Source: a virus (lineage: Duplodnaviria > Caudoviricetes). From it: 52,801 bases of DNA. The notes under the pieces were generated by a model. The model saw only the letters and a list, made by a program, of their open reading frames with translations. It had not been told where the DNA came from and did not search any database. The stretch covers positions 1 to 52,801 of IMG/VR virus record IMGVR_UViG_3300021600_000007; one strand, 5' to 3'. Made by a program: the position numbers and the translations under genes. Each line of letters starts with the position of its first letter. Positions within the stretch are counted from its first letter, which is position 1. Below, piece after piece: positions 18,000 through 27,044 of this stretch.

Positions 18000-18578
18000 T
18001 TACATTGATTTTACGATAACTTCTGTCATTCCGTTCCACTTTTTGATTTGTGATTTTGGAACCCAAAAATCCATTTCCCCAATTTCCTCAACTCGTTTCA
18101 AGTAATCGTTACGGAAACGTTCAACCTCAGACTTGTCCTTGATGTACTCCACTTTCATGTGTTTAGAACATGTCTTACCCATTTTAGTCAACATTGAGAA
18201 CTCATCACTTAAATCACGACCACAACACATACAGATATTTCCACGTTTTACGGTCATCTTACCTGAGAACTTCACCGCTTTAGGACTAACCGCCAACAAA
18301 CGAGTGATGTCAATCAAGGTTGGGTTAAACTCCAAACCATAGGTCTCTTTCAATTGTTGTCCGATTTTACGAGCCAAGATGATAGATTCACCTTCGGTTG
18401 GCCAGTTCATCTGAATGGTTCTTTCATTGTGTTCTTTTTGAAAGATACCAATAACAACTTCCTCTTGTTTTGGTGATAATCTGTTATACTTGCTGATAGT
18501 ATCTTTCATTTTGATGATGAAAGAGTTTGTACCTTTGTAGTTCTGTACTTTTTCGATGGTGGTGTTTGTAGTTGTCAT
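18000..18578 (-). CDS. zinc-finger protein (DUF6011-like)
   Basis: CMCCGRDLSDEFS...MGKTC motif. Confidence 0.6.
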   Translation of the reverse strand: MTTTNTTIEKVQNYKGTNSFIIKMKDTISKYNRLSPKQEEVVIGIFQKEHNERTIQMNWPTEGESIILARKIGQQLKETYGLEFNPTLIDITRLLAVSPKAVKFSGKMTVKRGNICMCCGRDLSDEFSMLTKMGKTCSKHMKVEYIKDKSEVERFRNDYLKRVEEIGEMDFWVPKSQIKKWNGMTEVIVKSM

Positions 18579-18598
18579 ATGTCTTATCCTTATTTGTT

Positions 18599-18642
18599 AA
18601 TACAAAGATACAACAATAATTGACTCCCACAAATCTTTTTTA
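18599..18642 (-). promoter_or_regulatory. Bacteroidota sigma-A type promoter (copy 1 of duplicated 44-mer)
   Basis: TTTG-N19-TATCTTTG. Confidence 0.8.
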
Positions 18643-19182
18643 ATACTTTACCCAATTATTTTTATAATTTTTGTTGGTTGCCGCAAAAACCGCATATGAG
18701 TTTCTAACAGGTGAACCAGTATTATATCCCCCACAAGCCAACATCCAATCACGAGTCATGTCATATCGAGTTCTCAACATCTTCATACTAATCTTAACAT
18801 TTAAGTCAATGTTATTACGTAGTTCTTTTTCACCAACTCTTCGTTGAGCGTAACTGTGAGCCCATCTTGTAATGATTTGCATTGGTCCCTGTGCTCCTGC
18901 AGAAGATACCTTCCTGTGGTCATATCTCCAATGGAATGGACCCTGATATCGAGTTTCAAGATATGCGACGTTATATGCAATGTATTTGGGTACATTGTAC
19001 ATCTCACTGTACTTTTCAATTGAGGTGTACATCTGTAAACAGAAGGGTGAGTTTGGTTGTCCACCCAACTCTGATAGTTCATATTCGTCTTGACGAATAT
19101 ATTTGTTTGTTAAACTCATGGAGGCTAAAATCACCCCCATGAGACACATGACATAAAAGAACTTCATCCCTTGCTTTAACAT
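18640..19182 (-). CDS. lytic transglycosylase (SLT-like) with N-terminal membrane anchor
   Basis: AYLET, SSAGAQGPMQI, GGYNTG motifs. Confidence 0.8.
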   Translation of the reverse strand: MLKQGMKFFYVMCLMGVILASMSLTNKYIRQDEYELSELGGQPNSPFCLQMYTSIEKYSEMYNVPKYIAYNVAYLETRYQGPFHWRYDHRKVSSAGAQGPMQIITRWAHSYAQRRVGEKELRNNIDLNVKISMKMLRTRYDMTRDWMLACGGYNTGSPVRNSYAVFAATNKNYKNNWVKY

Positions 19183-19511
19183 CACTTCTCGATTTTAGGA
19201 GTTGATGGTGCCGCTGCTTGTCCCCAGATATTCTTAGCGTATAGGTTGAAGATTAAGTATCCGATTGAATCCTGATACACAGTATAAGACCCGTCGGTTT
19301 GTCTGATGATTAATAGGTTGTTGTTCTCATCAACCGCCAATTTGATTTCCGATTTCTTAACCGAAGTAAATTGTGGTTCTTTGTGGTAACTCTTCTTGAT
19401 GAAGTCGTAGTAATATCCAATTGATGTTCCAGCTACAAAGCTGATTAAGATTACTGTGTACAACGAAATTTGTTTTAACACTTGTTTGATTTTTTCTTTG
19501 ATGTTTTCCAT
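19182..19511 (-). CDS. membrane-anchored hypothetical protein
   Basis: single N-terminal TM segment; coupled to SLT gene. Confidence 0.65.
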   Translation of the reverse strand: MENIKEKIKQVLKQISLYTVILISFVAGTSIGYYYDFIKKSYHKEPQFTSVKKSEIKLAVDENNNLLIIRQTDGSYTVYQDSIGYLIFNLYAKNIWGQAAAPSTPKIEK

Positions 19512-19553
19512 AGTTTTTAGTTTTAAATGGTTTGACTTATATTTTAAAGGTAC

Positions 19554-19580
19554 AAAAAACCCCTTGTATTATCAAGGGGT
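19554..19580 (-). terminator. intrinsic terminator
   Basis: ACCCCTTG..CAAGGGGT hairpin + U6. Confidence 0.7.
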
Positions 19581-19592
19581 ATCGATTGTTTT

Positions 19593-20069
19593 TTAATTTT
19601 GGGTGAAGGACTTGTCAGCCCAAGTCTTCGCTCCCATTCGTCCCCAAAGATTCATGTCACACATGTCAGGGAATGAACTTCTCATATCACCAACGGTCAA
19701 CACATCCAAGAAACTTTTATCGATTCCGTGCCACTTATTTCCTTTAGTAGTGAAAACATTGTGCCAGTATTCAACTCCGTTATCGTAAGAAACCTTAACT
19801 TGGATGTTTACCAAAGTGTTTTTCTTGTATCCTGCGATGACAGAATGAGCAGTACCTTTCTTGTCGTGGATACTAAGAAAACCTGCTCGGCATTTTCCTG
19901 CGATACGGAATTCATATTCTTTATTAAGGTCTTTGATGTGGTTGGAAACCATCACAGAGATAGTTTTACCCTTGATTTGAGTATCGAATGAGCCGTAGAA
20001 TACGTCTCCTGACATTGTTCCTTCGGTTACTTTGATGATGCTGTTGGTGTTGGTGGTTGTGTTTGTCAT
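19593..20069 (-). CDS. hypothetical early protein
   Basis: ORF from ATG 20069, Thr-rich N-terminus. Confidence 0.7.
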   Translation of the reverse strand: MTNTTTNTNSIIKVTEGTMSGDVFYGSFDTQIKGKTISVMVSNHIKDLNKEYEFRIAGKCRAGFLSIHDKKGTAHSVIAGYKKNTLVNIQVKVSYDNGVEYWHNVFTTKGNKWHGIDKSFLDVLTVGDMRSSFPDMCDMNLWGRMGAKTWADKSFTQN

Positions 20070-20086
20070 AGTTATATCGTTTTGTG

Positions 20087-20130
20087 AATACAAAGATACA
20101 ACAATAATTGACTTCTACAAATCTTTTTTA
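20087..20130 (-). promoter_or_regulatory. Bacteroidota sigma-A type promoter (copy 2 of duplicated 44-mer)
   Basis: 42/44 identical to 18599-18642. Confidence 0.8.
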
Positions 20131-20291
20131 CAATTTTCTTCTTCAGGAGTGCATTTTTTTTCTGCCCCACATATTGGACATTCATGCGGTTCCTTCGATT
20201 TGAGGTATTTCATTCTAACAAGTTTACCCAATTCAAAATCATTTGGGGTATCTGAAATTTCTTTTTCTGTGATGATTATATATGTTGACAT
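20115..20291 (-). CDS. small Cys-containing protein (not in ORF track)
   Basis: MSTYIIITEKEISDTPNDFELGKLVR...CPICG...C...C; TATTTAT upstream. Confidence 0.55.
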   Translation of the reverse strand: MSTYIIITEKEISDTPNDFELGKLVRMKYLKSKEPHECPICGAEKKCTPEEENCKKDL

Positions 20292-20355
20292 AATTGATAT
20301 TGTTTACATTATAAATATAATAGTTCATTTTTAGAAAATAAATCTATTTATAGTT

Positions 20356-20763
20356 ATGGGATTAGATAATGATAAATTAAAACGTCTTGAAGATAAATTA
20401 AAATATTTATATAAGATGGAACTTCAACAAAAAAGGTTTGTTGTTAGTGCTATAGACATTGATTTTGAATCAGACCAACTTGAAAATGGTGAGTGGATTC
20501 TTGATAGGGCTGTTATTCAAGTGGATTTTGAATACGATGGAGCACTTGATGGTGATGAAGTATATTACTTTACCCGTGACTTAAAAATTATGTCAACCGC
20601 CTTTACTTCCGCAATTTCACAATATACCCCAACCCAAGAAGGTAAAATTGTCAGTGGTACTTCAGATAGTCTTGTTTCAGACCCAATGGTTATCAGAGTC
20701 GATTACAAATATGAGGACACCCACAATTTTACATTAGCAACTTATATTACATTCCCAAGATAA
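20356..20763 (+). CDS. hypothetical protein
   Basis: 135 aa; TATTTATAG upstream. Confidence 0.7.
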   Translation: MGLDNDKLKRLEDKLKYLYKMELQQKRFVVSAIDIDFESDQLENGEWILDRAVIQVDFEYDGALDGDEVYYFTRDLKIMSTAFTSAISQYTPTQEGKIVSGTSDSLVSDPMVIRVDYKYEDTHNFTLATYITFPR

Positions 20764-21551
20764 TGAACGATAAATTAAAAAGATTGGCCAAGAACATATC
20801 TGAGTTGTTACCAGATACTTCGAAAAGTCCTCAACAGATATTTGATTTATTTGCTGGACGTATATATGATTCCCAAGATGATTATTTTAGAGCTCTTGGT
20901 GGTGATGCAATAGTCAAAATAGTTCTATACATCTATTCTCTTAAAGAGACAGGTGATTTTAAAATGGGTGACAATATGATAAATAAATTGTCATTCATAT
21001 CTGTATTCTACACCAGTGGGAATTACGCAGATGAGGAATGTTCTGAATGTGATAGTTCGGGCACGGTACGTTGCGATAATTGCGATTATGAGGGTAGGGT
21101 AAAATGTGTCCAATGTGGTGGTGATGGTGAGGATTCATCGGGTGAAACATGTGATGACTGTCAAGGTGGTGGTGACGTATATTGTGACCAATGTGGTGGT
21201 GATGGTGACATCAGCTGTGATACTTGTGATGGCACAGGTGAAATTGAAACTAATAATTTAGAGTATATGTACAGTTACATTTGTACTTGGGACAGTAACG
21301 TAGAGAATCAGTGTTATTTAAATGAAAGAACAGGTGAACCAGCCATGTCAGAATATGACTTTGACCGTTTAAGTGATAAATTTATTACTTTATTTTATAC
21401 TGAAGAAAATGCCGAATTAAGAAATTTTGTTGAGATAAATCAAGTCTATTGTGTTTCTTATTGGGATGAACCAAAATTATTAATAGGTTCTGGTAAATTT
21501 TTACAAATAAAATGGGACGATTTAGGAGAATTTGATTATTATAGAAATTAA
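20763..21551 (+). CDS. protein with DnaJ-type CxxCxGxG zinc-finger repeats
   Basis: six CxxC units at about aa 95-160. Confidence 0.75.
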   Translation: MNDKLKRLAKNISELLPDTSKSPQQIFDLFAGRIYDSQDDYFRALGGDAIVKIVLYIYSLKETGDFKMGDNMINKLSFISVFYTSGNYADEECSECDSSGTVRCDNCDYEGRVKCVQCGGDGEDSSGETCDDCQGGGDVYCDQCGGDGDISCDTCDGTGEIETNNLEYMYSYICTWDSNVENQCYLNERTGEPAMSEYDFDRLSDKFITLFYTEENAELRNFVEINQVYCVSYWDEPKLLIGSGKFLQIKWDDLGEFDYYRN

Positions 21552-21553
21552 TT

Positions 21554-22060
21554 ATGAACATTACATCTTACCTTAAATTGTTATCTAAAATTGATTATCC
21601 AAATCAAACAGAGAGTTTAGCCAGTATATCTAAAGCGGTAGATTATACCCCATACCTATTTAATGAAAATTTATTAGAGACTCTTGGTGTAGAAGGTGTT
21701 ACCGACTTTGTTGGAAAGACCTTCTCAAAAATGGGCGCCATGTCCAAACCTGGATTTAAAGTTGATTTAGATGATTTTGGAGAAGATGGTTCTTACATTT
21801 ACCTGATTATTGATTCATACGAAATAATTCAAAATAACGAAGACGGTTACTTTCCATTTGAAGTTTGGATAAATTATAGTTGGGGTAATAATCAACTTAT
21901 TCATGATGGTACTGCGTTAACTTTAGATGAAATATATGACGAAGTTGGATTGGGTGAAGTTGGTGATTATGATGAACTTTTAGATGATATTAGGGATAAT
22001 GTGTCGTACAAAGTATATACCCAAACAGGATTTCATATACACTTTGACGGTCAAATATAA
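21554..22060 (+). CDS. acidic hypothetical protein
   Basis: 168 aa ORF. Confidence 0.7.
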   Translation: MNITSYLKLLSKIDYPNQTESLASISKAVDYTPYLFNENLLETLGVEGVTDFVGKTFSKMGAMSKPGFKVDLDDFGEDGSYIYLIIDSYEIIQNNEDGYFPFEVWINYSWGNNQLIHDGTALTLDEIYDEVGLGEVGDYDELLDDIRDNVSYKVYTQTGFHIHFDGQI

Positions 22061-22088
22061 AAAAAGAGAGACCGAAGCCTCTCTTTTT
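22059..22088. terminator. bidirectional intrinsic terminator
   Basis: A-tract GAGAGAC-CGAA-GCCTCTC T-tract between convergent genes. Confidence 0.75.
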
Positions 22089-22142
22089 GGGACCGACAGG
22101 ATGTGTCAGACTTCCACCACCTTGTTTTTCTAAACAAGGAAA

Positions 22143-22457
22143 CTATACCTCAATACTTAGGTCTTCTCGTTTAACCACAAAGTTTACAAGTTTTTCAACT
22201 TCTTCACTCGTCATCCACCCAATTACATCATCGGTTGCTTCAGGATAAAAAAATCGAGTAATGAAATCTCTCGATTGAACATCAAAAATTGCAACCTCAA
22301 AGGTATCCACAAAATCACCATACAATCCAGTATCTCCACCTACAATAGAAAACTCAACCTTGTGGTTACCAAATCGAGCTTGTTTACCACCTCTACCCGT
22401 AAACTTAGTCGTAGGGTGTGGTTTCGCCCATTTCTTTACGTCATCAATTGTTATCAT
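22143..22457 (-). CDS. hypothetical phage protein
   Basis: SIVGG..GLYGD...FEVAI...DDVIGW. Confidence 0.7.
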   Translation of the reverse strand: MITIDDVKKWAKPHPTTKFTGRGGKQARFGNHKVEFSIVGGDTGLYGDFVDTFEVAIFDVQSRDFITRFFYPEATDDVIGWMTSEEVEKLVNFVVKREDLSIEV

Positions 22458-22735
22458 TTTGTCTCTAATGCCTCCATTTTAGATTTGGCAACCAAATGCT
22501 CTGCCAATGTATAAGCGTCCACGTTAGTCATGATAATTGAACTCACCAAGTGTTTGTGAGGGATATGAACAAGGAAATCCACACCGTTGAAGAATGTCAA
22601 ATCATTCTTTAACTCAATACAACCTTGTACCATCTTCAAGAACAACTTGAATTGGGTATTGTTAACGAATGTCTCATTCAATAATACTCCGAATGTCTCG
22701 TGTTGAATCTTGATGTTATGTGATGCCATGTTCAT
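22454..22735 (-). CDS. hypothetical protein
   Basis: 93 aa ORF after TATCTTTG. Confidence 0.65.
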   Translation of the reverse strand: MNMASHNIKIQHETFGVLLNETFVNNTQFKLFLKMVQGCIELKNDLTFFNGVDFLVHIPHKHLVSSIIMTNVDAYTLAEHLVAKSKMEALETK

Positions 22736-22784
22736 ATCCTTTAATTTAGATTACAAAGATAGTGTTTAATTCCGAACTAACAAA

Positions 22785-23657
22785 TTAATTATTGAATTTA
22801 TCCAAACTTTTTTCAACTGTACTTACAAAAGTATTTACCAAATTGTCAACATTTTTGAACTCACTCTCACCTCGTTTTTCAAGGTATTTTAAATTTGAAT
22901 GAAGTTCATCAAGGTTGATGTTTTTCATCGCATCAATTAGAGATTCGACTTTACTCTTCGCTCGTTTAATCGCCTCTCTATCCACATGGTAAGCTCGAAA
23001 CCTTAACATCAACTCAGCCAATTTCTCATGTTTCCAACCTTTTTCAACTAAACGTGATTCATTCGTTTCGTTATCGTTTTGACTGTAGATACTGATTTCA
23101 CCAGAAAGAGAATGTCCCGAATTGTTATAAAAAGCAATCTTTTGAAAGTTTTTTGTTTTGGACTCAGTCTTATCAATCAGATATACTAAACATCCGTTTT
23201 TACAGTATCTTTGGAAAGTATCAGGATTACTTTTAGAAGCAGTACACCAAGTAGTACCTGCCCCATACTTTAGAGACCCCCTGTGAGTTTTAGGTGAAAC
23301 CATAATCAATTCATCGTCCTCATAAAGTACATTGGCATGTTCTTCCCTTACAAATGTCTTATCATCTTTCATAATTTGAGCATTATCATTCATTTCAACC
23401 AACTTCGGATAAGAATTAAATTCTTGTGAGTAGATGTCTTTAGTTACATGATATGGTAATAATCCATCAAATCTTTTAACCTCATTAAAGAGTTGAGTGA
23501 TACTATGATTCATACCGTATCCATTACGTGATATCCAACTTTTTAACATATACTCCAGATATTTGTGAGTACCTGTGAAATCAAATTCAACCATCTTGAT
23601 GAATGTAACATTAGTTACTTTAGGAAATTTTGCTCTTAGTTCTACTACTTTTGACAT
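22785..23657 (-). CDS. 'YG.GT.WCT' domain protein (paralog 1)
   Basis: KYLEYM..; SLKYGAGTTWCTAS..FQRY..G.LVYLID. Confidence 0.7.
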   Translation of the reverse strand: MSKVVELRAKFPKVTNVTFIKMVEFDFTGTHKYLEYMLKSWISRNGYGMNHSITQLFNEVKRFDGLLPYHVTKDIYSQEFNSYPKLVEMNDNAQIMKDDKTFVREEHANVLYEDDELIMVSPKTHRGSLKYGAGTTWCTASKSNPDTFQRYCKNGCLVYLIDKTESKTKNFQKIAFYNNSGHSLSGEISIYSQNDNETNESRLVEKGWKHEKLAELMLRFRAYHVDREAIKRAKSKVESLIDAMKNINLDELHSNLKYLEKRGESEFKNVDNLVNTFVSTVEKSLDKFNN

Positions 23658-23662
23658 AATTT

Positions 23663-24088
23663 TTATTTTAATGTTCTACTTATTTCTTTTTGAATATCTT
23701 TCTCCTTCATGGTCTGTCTCTTGTCGTGTAGTTTTTTACCACGAGCGAGTACGATGTCAACCTTGAGGGTGTGTTTTACTTGGTAAATTTTGTAAGGGAT
23801 AATACTTAAACCTTTGTCTAAACTCTTTTGAAGTTTAATCAACTCACGTTTTCTAAGTAATAACTTACGGTCTCTTTTGATGTTATCAGTACCGATGCCT
23901 GAGATGGATACGTTTTTCATGAATAACTCTCCATCTTGGAACATACAATAAGAATCAACAAAAGATAACTTACCATCACGAATGAATTTAACCTCAACAC
24001 CAGTCAAGACAATACCCGCTTGATACGTGTCCAAGAACTCGTATTCGTGCTTTGCTCTCCTGTTTACTATGTTGACTCCCTCTTTCAT
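23663..24088 (-). CDS. smpB: SsrA-binding protein SmpB
   Basis: NRRAKHEY..AGIVLTGVEVK.IR.G..RDRKLLL..E..LARGKKLHDKR. Confidence 0.93.
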   Translation of the reverse strand: MKEGVNIVNRRAKHEYEFLDTYQAGIVLTGVEVKFIRDGKLSFVDSYCMFQDGELFMKNVSISGIGTDNIKRDRKLLLRKRELIKLQKSLDKGLSIIPYKIYQVKHTLKVDIVLARGKKLHDKRQTMKEKDIQKEISRTLK

Positions 24089-24121
24089 GGGAACAAAGAT
24101 AATACAAATTATGATATAAAC

Positions 24122-24148
24122 AAAAATCCCCCACATTTCTGTGAGGGT
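24122..24148 (-). terminator. intrinsic terminator (recurrent family)
   Basis: AAAAATCCCCCACATTTCTGTGAGGGT. Confidence 0.7.
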
Positions 24149-24168
24149 CTCATAAATATTTTGGATGG

Positions 24169-25014
24169 TTATTTACCTAACGATTTATCATCAACCATTT
24201 TCTTTTCAATTGCACCTAACTTATCGTAAGCCGATTTATAATCTAACGGTTGATTCTTTTTCATAATAGACAATTCAATCGAACTCATATCAGTTAATTT
24301 TTTTGGTGCGGTAGGTGTTTCTGTCGTTGCTGGTGTTGTTGTTGCCGCTACTGAGGTAGTTCCCGCTGTTTGAGATTTAATCGCTCTTGATGCCAAGTTC
24401 TTAGCGTTTGCGGGATAATTCTTACTTATGTTATAAACTTTATTAGTTGTTGAGTTTTTACCATACCAAGTTCCATTTTGGTTAGCATATACAAATTTAG
24501 TATCACCAGGATATGTATAGTCAAAAGTTAAACCATTAATAATGTTTTGGTCAATTACTGATGTCTGTGTTTTAGTTTGAACAGTTTTTACAGGTTCTTT
24601 AGCTGCAGGTTTATTGTAAGCAGCATCTTTAACTGTAACCATTTTATTTCCCTCTAATTTCCAAGAACCTTTAATTGTTGGTTCTCCTGTAGTTACACCT
24701 TTAGGATATTGATACCATCTGTTTTGAGTGTAAATTATTGTTGAATTTGGATTGTAGTCATACTTCAATGCGGATTTACCTGAATATGTAGTTCTTTCCA
24801 GTCTATAACTATTACTTACTTTTGGGTATAGTTGGTCAATCCAATTATCATCATTTGGAGCCAATTCAGGTGCCTGAGCCAATTGTTGTTGGTTTACACG
24901 GTCCATATTAATATCGGCACTACCTTGTTCGTTCAAAGTTTTTGACTTGTCATAAGTGACAAGTTCTTTCATTCTATTAATTTCTTCTTGAAGAATAAAT
25001 TTTTTTTTGTTCAT
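24169..25014 (-). CDS. hypothetical, probably virion-associated protein
   Basis: LQEEINRMKEL..TLNEQ N-terminus; TATTTAT upstream; Thr/Ala-rich linkers. Confidence 0.65.
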   Translation of the reverse strand: MNKKKFILQEEINRMKELVTYDKSKTLNEQGSADINMDRVNQQQLAQAPELAPNDDNWIDQLYPKVSNSYRLERTTYSGKSALKYDYNPNSTIIYTQNRWYQYPKGVTTGEPTIKGSWKLEGNKMVTVKDAAYNKPAAKEPVKTVQTKTQTSVIDQNIINGLTFDYTYPGDTKFVYANQNGTWYGKNSTTNKVYNISKNYPANAKNLASRAIKSQTAGTTSVAATTTPATTETPTAPKKLTDMSSIELSIMKKNQPLDYKSAYDKLGAIEKKMVDDKSLGK

Positions 25015-25044
25015 GATTTTTTATTTATAAATATCCAATAAAAC

Positions 25045-25070
25045 AAAAACCCCCACATTTCTGTTAGGGA
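25045..25070 (-). terminator. intrinsic terminator (recurrent family, variant)
   Basis: AAAAACCCCCACATTTCTGTTAGGGA. Confidence 0.6.
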
Positions 25071-25076
25071 TTATTA

Positions 25077-25643
25077 TTACCAACTTTTACAAGCCCAATA
25101 ACGGGGTTTCCATCTTGGTCCTGGTGTATCACAATTCATTCTTGCTCTAAAGTTCTTTCTACGTTCAGGATTATTTTTTTTAATTACCATCCTTTTCCCA
25201 TGTGCAGATTTTCCACCAAAACCAAAGTTTACCTTAACAACCTTTCCCTTATCATTTTTAACATATACCTTGAATTTCTTAACGTCACCTTGCATTCTTT
25301 TTCCCAATTGAACTTTTCTACCTTGATATTCTGCTTCGGTTATTAAATCACCAATAATAAAATTGGTTTCTTCTACTGAGCCAAATTCATCTTCATATAA
25401 AGATTCATTTTTAGGTTTAATACCCCTCTTCTTCATATTAATAGCAATTGCCGCTTGTTGCGCAGGACTTGAAGCTTCATTTGTTTCTTCAGATTCATTC
25501 TTAACACAATTTGGATATTTTTTTCCAAACATTGTTTTCATCCCTTTCTGCTTATAACCACTCCAACATTTTTCCGTTAGTTGTTCTTTTGAATCATTTT
25601 CAAATATGGTTTTAAATTGTTGTTCAGTTATTATTATTTTCAT
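25077..25643 (-). CDS. conserved large-phage basic protein with MKIIITEQQF tag
   Basis: modules CWSGY..PNCVK and EAEYQGRKV..KFKVYV..KVNFG..FRAR.NC..RYWAC..W. Confidence 0.75.
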   Translation of the reverse strand: MKIIITEQQFKTIFENDSKEQLTEKCWSGYKQKGMKTMFGKKYPNCVKNESEETNEASSPAQQAAIAINMKKRGIKPKNESLYEDEFGSVEETNFIIGDLITEAEYQGRKVQLGKRMQGDVKKFKVYVKNDKGKVVKVNFGFGGKSAHGKRMVIKKNNPERRKNFRARMNCDTPGPRWKPRYWACKSW

Positions 25644-25665
25644 ACTAATAAATATATCGTAAAAC

Positions 25666-25695
25666 AAAAAACCCCAACAATTTCTTGTCGGGGTT
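25666..25695 (-). terminator. intrinsic terminator closing the large ncRNA
   Basis: AACCCCGACAA-GAAA-TTGTTGGGGTT-TTTT. Confidence 0.8.
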
Positions 25696-26600
25696 CTTGG
25701 CTTCAGGTTGAGAATACACCTTCTTACGAGAGACTTTACAGGAGATTATTGTTTACTCCGATTTCCACTTCCTTTTGAGAAGTACCTCTCAGTCACGGTC
25801 AATTAGATTAACCAATCCTTGAGTCGTAATCTACTCTGTTTTTACTCGTTGCTCTTCAAGGTTGCCACCCTGATTATGTCTTGCGGACTTAGAGAACTTT
25901 CACAACAATCGTATTAGGCTTGGGACCTTTTACGGCCATGAACATCTCATGACTATGTAGTGACCTGTCAATCACGACTGGCGAACGCTTTTCCTTGTAT
26001 CTTTTAGTTGTTAAACCTTAATTAACAAAGTTTGCGGTTGTGGATGATGAAAGTAGCGGTTCGCCGACCAAGCCATGTTATCTTTTGAACAACACGATAC
26101 TTAACTACTCTCTGAAATGTCCCCATCTCCATACTTCAAGTTTGTTTCATCTTAAATCTCTTGGTAGAGATTTTAAGAAGGAATCACCAGCACCACCTGT
26201 ATGACCTCTTACCTTTCGGTTTTAAACCCACTCTTGTAATGAATCACGCAATAGTATGGTAGGATAACCATATGTCTTACAATAATTCTACGAGTTATTC
26301 TTATTGATGTTCCCACCTCAACCAAACGACCCACATCGCTTGGTCATCAAACCAGTTTCCCTACAGTGTCACCCTCGGTACTCAAGGTCTAACGATATCT
26401 CGCTTGTCTACTCGAGCTCCCTTTCGGAAGCCGCAAACCACTTAACCAAATGATTCACTTTATACCACTTTCATGGTTTATTTTATGGACTATAGACCGC
26501 CCAATATCTTTATCAGATTAAATGTCTCATAATCAACCCGAAGGTCTTATAATCAACTACTGAACGGATAATATCTTTAATTCAAAGAACGTTTTCTTAA
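25696..26600 (-). ncRNA. large (~900 nt) structured ncRNA, GOLLD-like
   Basis: no ORF >=60 aa in any frame, higher GC than flanks, several GNRA-capped hairpins, own promoter and terminator, adjacent to tRNA; family assignment inferred from size, context and remembered motifs. Confidence 0.7.
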
Positions 26601-26608
26601 TTGTTTTA

Positions 26609-26640
26609 CAAAGATAAGTATACTTTTTTGATTTTCCAAA
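26609..26640 (-). promoter_or_regulatory. Bacteroidota-type promoter for large ncRNA
   Basis: TTTG-N20-TATCTTTG. Confidence 0.75.
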
Positions 26641-26667
26641 TCTTTTGTAAACTTTTTTTTTGTTTAG

Positions 26668-26739
26668 TTGCGGGGGAAGGATTCGAACCTCCGACCTACG
26701 GGTTATGAGCCCGTCAAGCTACCACTGCTCTACCCCACG
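26668..26739 (-). tRNA. tRNA-Met (CAT), initiator type
   Basis: cloverleaf CGTGGGG..CTCATAA..GGTTCGAATCC..CCCCGCAA; C1:A72 mismatch and GGG/CCC anticodon stem; CCA not encoded. Confidence 0.93.
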
Positions 26740-27044
26740 ATATATTTTATGTTAAAAAACTTTAATATTAATGTCTCACAAAGATAAAACTATTTTTTCA
26801 AATAACCAAATGTTTGTGAGACATTTTTTTGAGACTCTCATCTCAATTGTTTCACAAAGATAAACAAAATTCTCATTCTGTCAAATTTTTTATGAAACTT
26901 TTTTGGGGATGTCCGTCATTTCTGACTGAAACAATAAATATACCCAACAATTTCAAAAGTACTACTTTTTTATAGATAAGTCAAATTTTTCCTATAAAAA
27001 AGTTAAAATTAACATATCTTCCAACATTCTTTGTATTTATTGAT

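Noticed and set aside
25696-26600. tmRNA partner of SmpB, or rRNA fragment
   Set aside because: Far longer than tmRNA, no tRNA-Ala-like ends seen, and no recognisable rRNA conserved motifs.
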